64,000 nucleotides of DNA from Mobula hypostoma (lineage: Eukaryota): NCBI RefSeq assembly GCF_963921235.1, contig NC_086097.1, positions 32,738,001 to 32,802,000 on the forward strand. The letters run 5' to 3'. Within the stretch, counting starts at the first letter, position 1. Every line of letters begins with the position of its first letter. Position numbers and translations under genes: made by a program. The notes under the pieces are model-generated. The model worked only from the letters and a program-made list of their open reading frames with translations. It was not told the DNA's origin and made no database searches. Positions 62,370 to 64,000 of this stretch are shown here, one piece after another.

Positions 62370-63720
62370 CAGTCTGGATTTTGACAACACCATAGCACTG
62401 AGCCTGTTCCGATCAAGGTTTTAAATGACATCCGTTTAAGCCATGATGACGGTAAAATTTCAGTTCTGGTTTTACTGAATCTTAGTGCTGCTTTTGACAC
62501 AGTTGACTATGGCATATTACTGCATAGACTGCAAACCTGGGTGGGCCTTTCCAGTATAGTATTAAAGTGGTTTAAATTGTATTCACAGGACAGAGACTAT
62601 TTTGTATCAATTGGTAGCTACATATCTGACGGAACAAAAGTGACATACCAGGGCCTTTTCTGTTTAACCTACATGCTCCCTCTAGCTCAAATCATGGTAA
62701 GCATCAAAATATCTTACTGTAATTATGCTGATGACACTCAGATTTATGCAACAGCATCATCAAGTGACTGTGGTCTCATACAATCACTGGAAAACCGAAT
62801 TGAACAAATCACTGATTGGATGAGGCAAAATTTCCTAAAGTTAAACTAAGAGAAAACTGAAATAATTGTTTTTGGTGCCTGAAAGGAACAGTTACAAGTC
62901 AGTGTTTACTTAGAATCTCTGTTGTTACAGACCAAAACCAAGCCAAAAACCTTGGTGTTGTGATGGACTCCGAATTAAATTTTAATTGCCACCGTAAGAC
63001 AATTAGGTACAAAGTCAGCCTACTACCATCTTAGAAATATAGCGAGAGTTAAAGGGCTTATTTCTCAGCAAGATCTAGAAAAGCTTGTCCCTGCATTTAT
63101 TTTTAGTAGGCTTGACTGCTGTAATAGCATTTTCACAGGTCTCTGTAAAAAAAAAAATCCCACAGACAGCTGCAGCTCATACAGAACGCTGCTGCTGGAA
63201 TCCTCACTAAGACCAAGAAAGTAGAGCATATCACCCCAGTTCTCAGATCACTACACTGGCTTGTTGTCCATCAAAGGACTGACTTTAAAATCTTACTACT
63301 GGTTTATAATGATCGAGGGCCAAAATACATCTCCGATACCTTGCTGCATTACGAACCTTCCTGAGCTCTCAGGTCGTCTGGGGCGGATCTGCCTACCGTC
63401 CCCAGGGTCAAAACTAAACATGGTGAAACAGCTTTTAGTTGCCATGCTCCACATATCTGTAATAACCTTCCAGAGGATCTGAAGTCTGCCCCAACTTCAA
63501 ACTTTTTAAAAGTCGAGTCTTAAAACTTTTCTTTTTGCTGTAGCTTATAATTACAATTTCCTGCACTGTAACTTTTATTCCTTTTCTTAATCTATTTATC
63601 ATCTCTTTTTATTCTCTTTTATACTGTCTGAAATTTGATGTTGATTTTTTTTATTTTGTTCTATGTAAAGCACTTTGAACCACCTAGTGTTTGAAAAGTG
63701 CTCTACAAATAAACTTGCCT
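62370..63720 (+). mobile_element. L2 LINE (RT to 3' end), decayed
   Basis: HHSTE, KVLNDI, LLNLSAAFDTVD, YADDTQIY, WMRQNFLKLN, QLIQNAAA and LRSLHWL; 3' hairpin agcacttt...aaagtgct followed by aataaa. Confidence 0.88.
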
Positions 63721-63799
63721 TAAAATCAACTTAATTATCTACAGATTTTACAATCTTATGAAGGACTCAGTGGACCAGGCAGGTAGAGCACCTTTAAGT

Positions 63800-64000
63800 G
63801 GACGAAGGTTCATTGCCATGGCCAGAAGTGGGGAAAGAGGAACTCCAAGCCAGGCTGAAATGAAGAGGGATGAGATCCCCTCTTGTCAGTAAATGTGCAG
63901 TTGTTCTGAGAACAAAATTGAGGACCTGAGGGAATTGCTGTATCAGAGCGAAATGAGAGATTGTTGTGTTCCATGTTTGAATGAGACATGGCTTACTCCT
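63800..64000 (+). mobile_element. Decayed Rex1/Babar-type endonuclease start, running off the window
   Basis: ENKIEDLR..LLYQSEMRDCCV..ETWL. Confidence 0.55.

Noticed and set aside
2700..64000. Exons of AK7, the downstream neighbour of GSKIP in human
   Set aside because: I could not recognise any AK7-like peptide in the ORF track or in the unique segments I translated.

Overview
Eukaryotic, transposon-saturated vertebrate DNA. The repeat set (CR1, HE1/V-type SINEs, Penelope-derived terminal repeats, Rex1/Babar, Tx1, L1, Tc1) suggests a cartilaginous fish; this is an inference. Host genes I can support are the last coding exon of GSKIP (+, 1938-2096) and a tRNA-Thr(TGT) gene in a CpG-rich island (24604-24676). 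A minus-strand terminal exon near 35.2-35.7 kb is only tentative. Most of the rest is nested mobile DNA. A full-length L1 (17-bp TSD, one stop in ORF2) sits inside a Tc1 element, which sits inside an old CR1 that was also hit by a younger CR1. Two RNA-level signals stand out. (i) Penelope-like terminal repeats carry minimal hammerhead ribozyme cores: three well-preserved copies and several decayed ones. (ii) The 3' end of a HERO-type RLE retrotransposon (58234-58309) has all hammerhead core elements in an order matching none of the three circular permutations, making it a candidate non-circularly permuted hammerhead. All calls are by eye; no alignment, folding or database search was run, and boundaries without a TSD are approximate.
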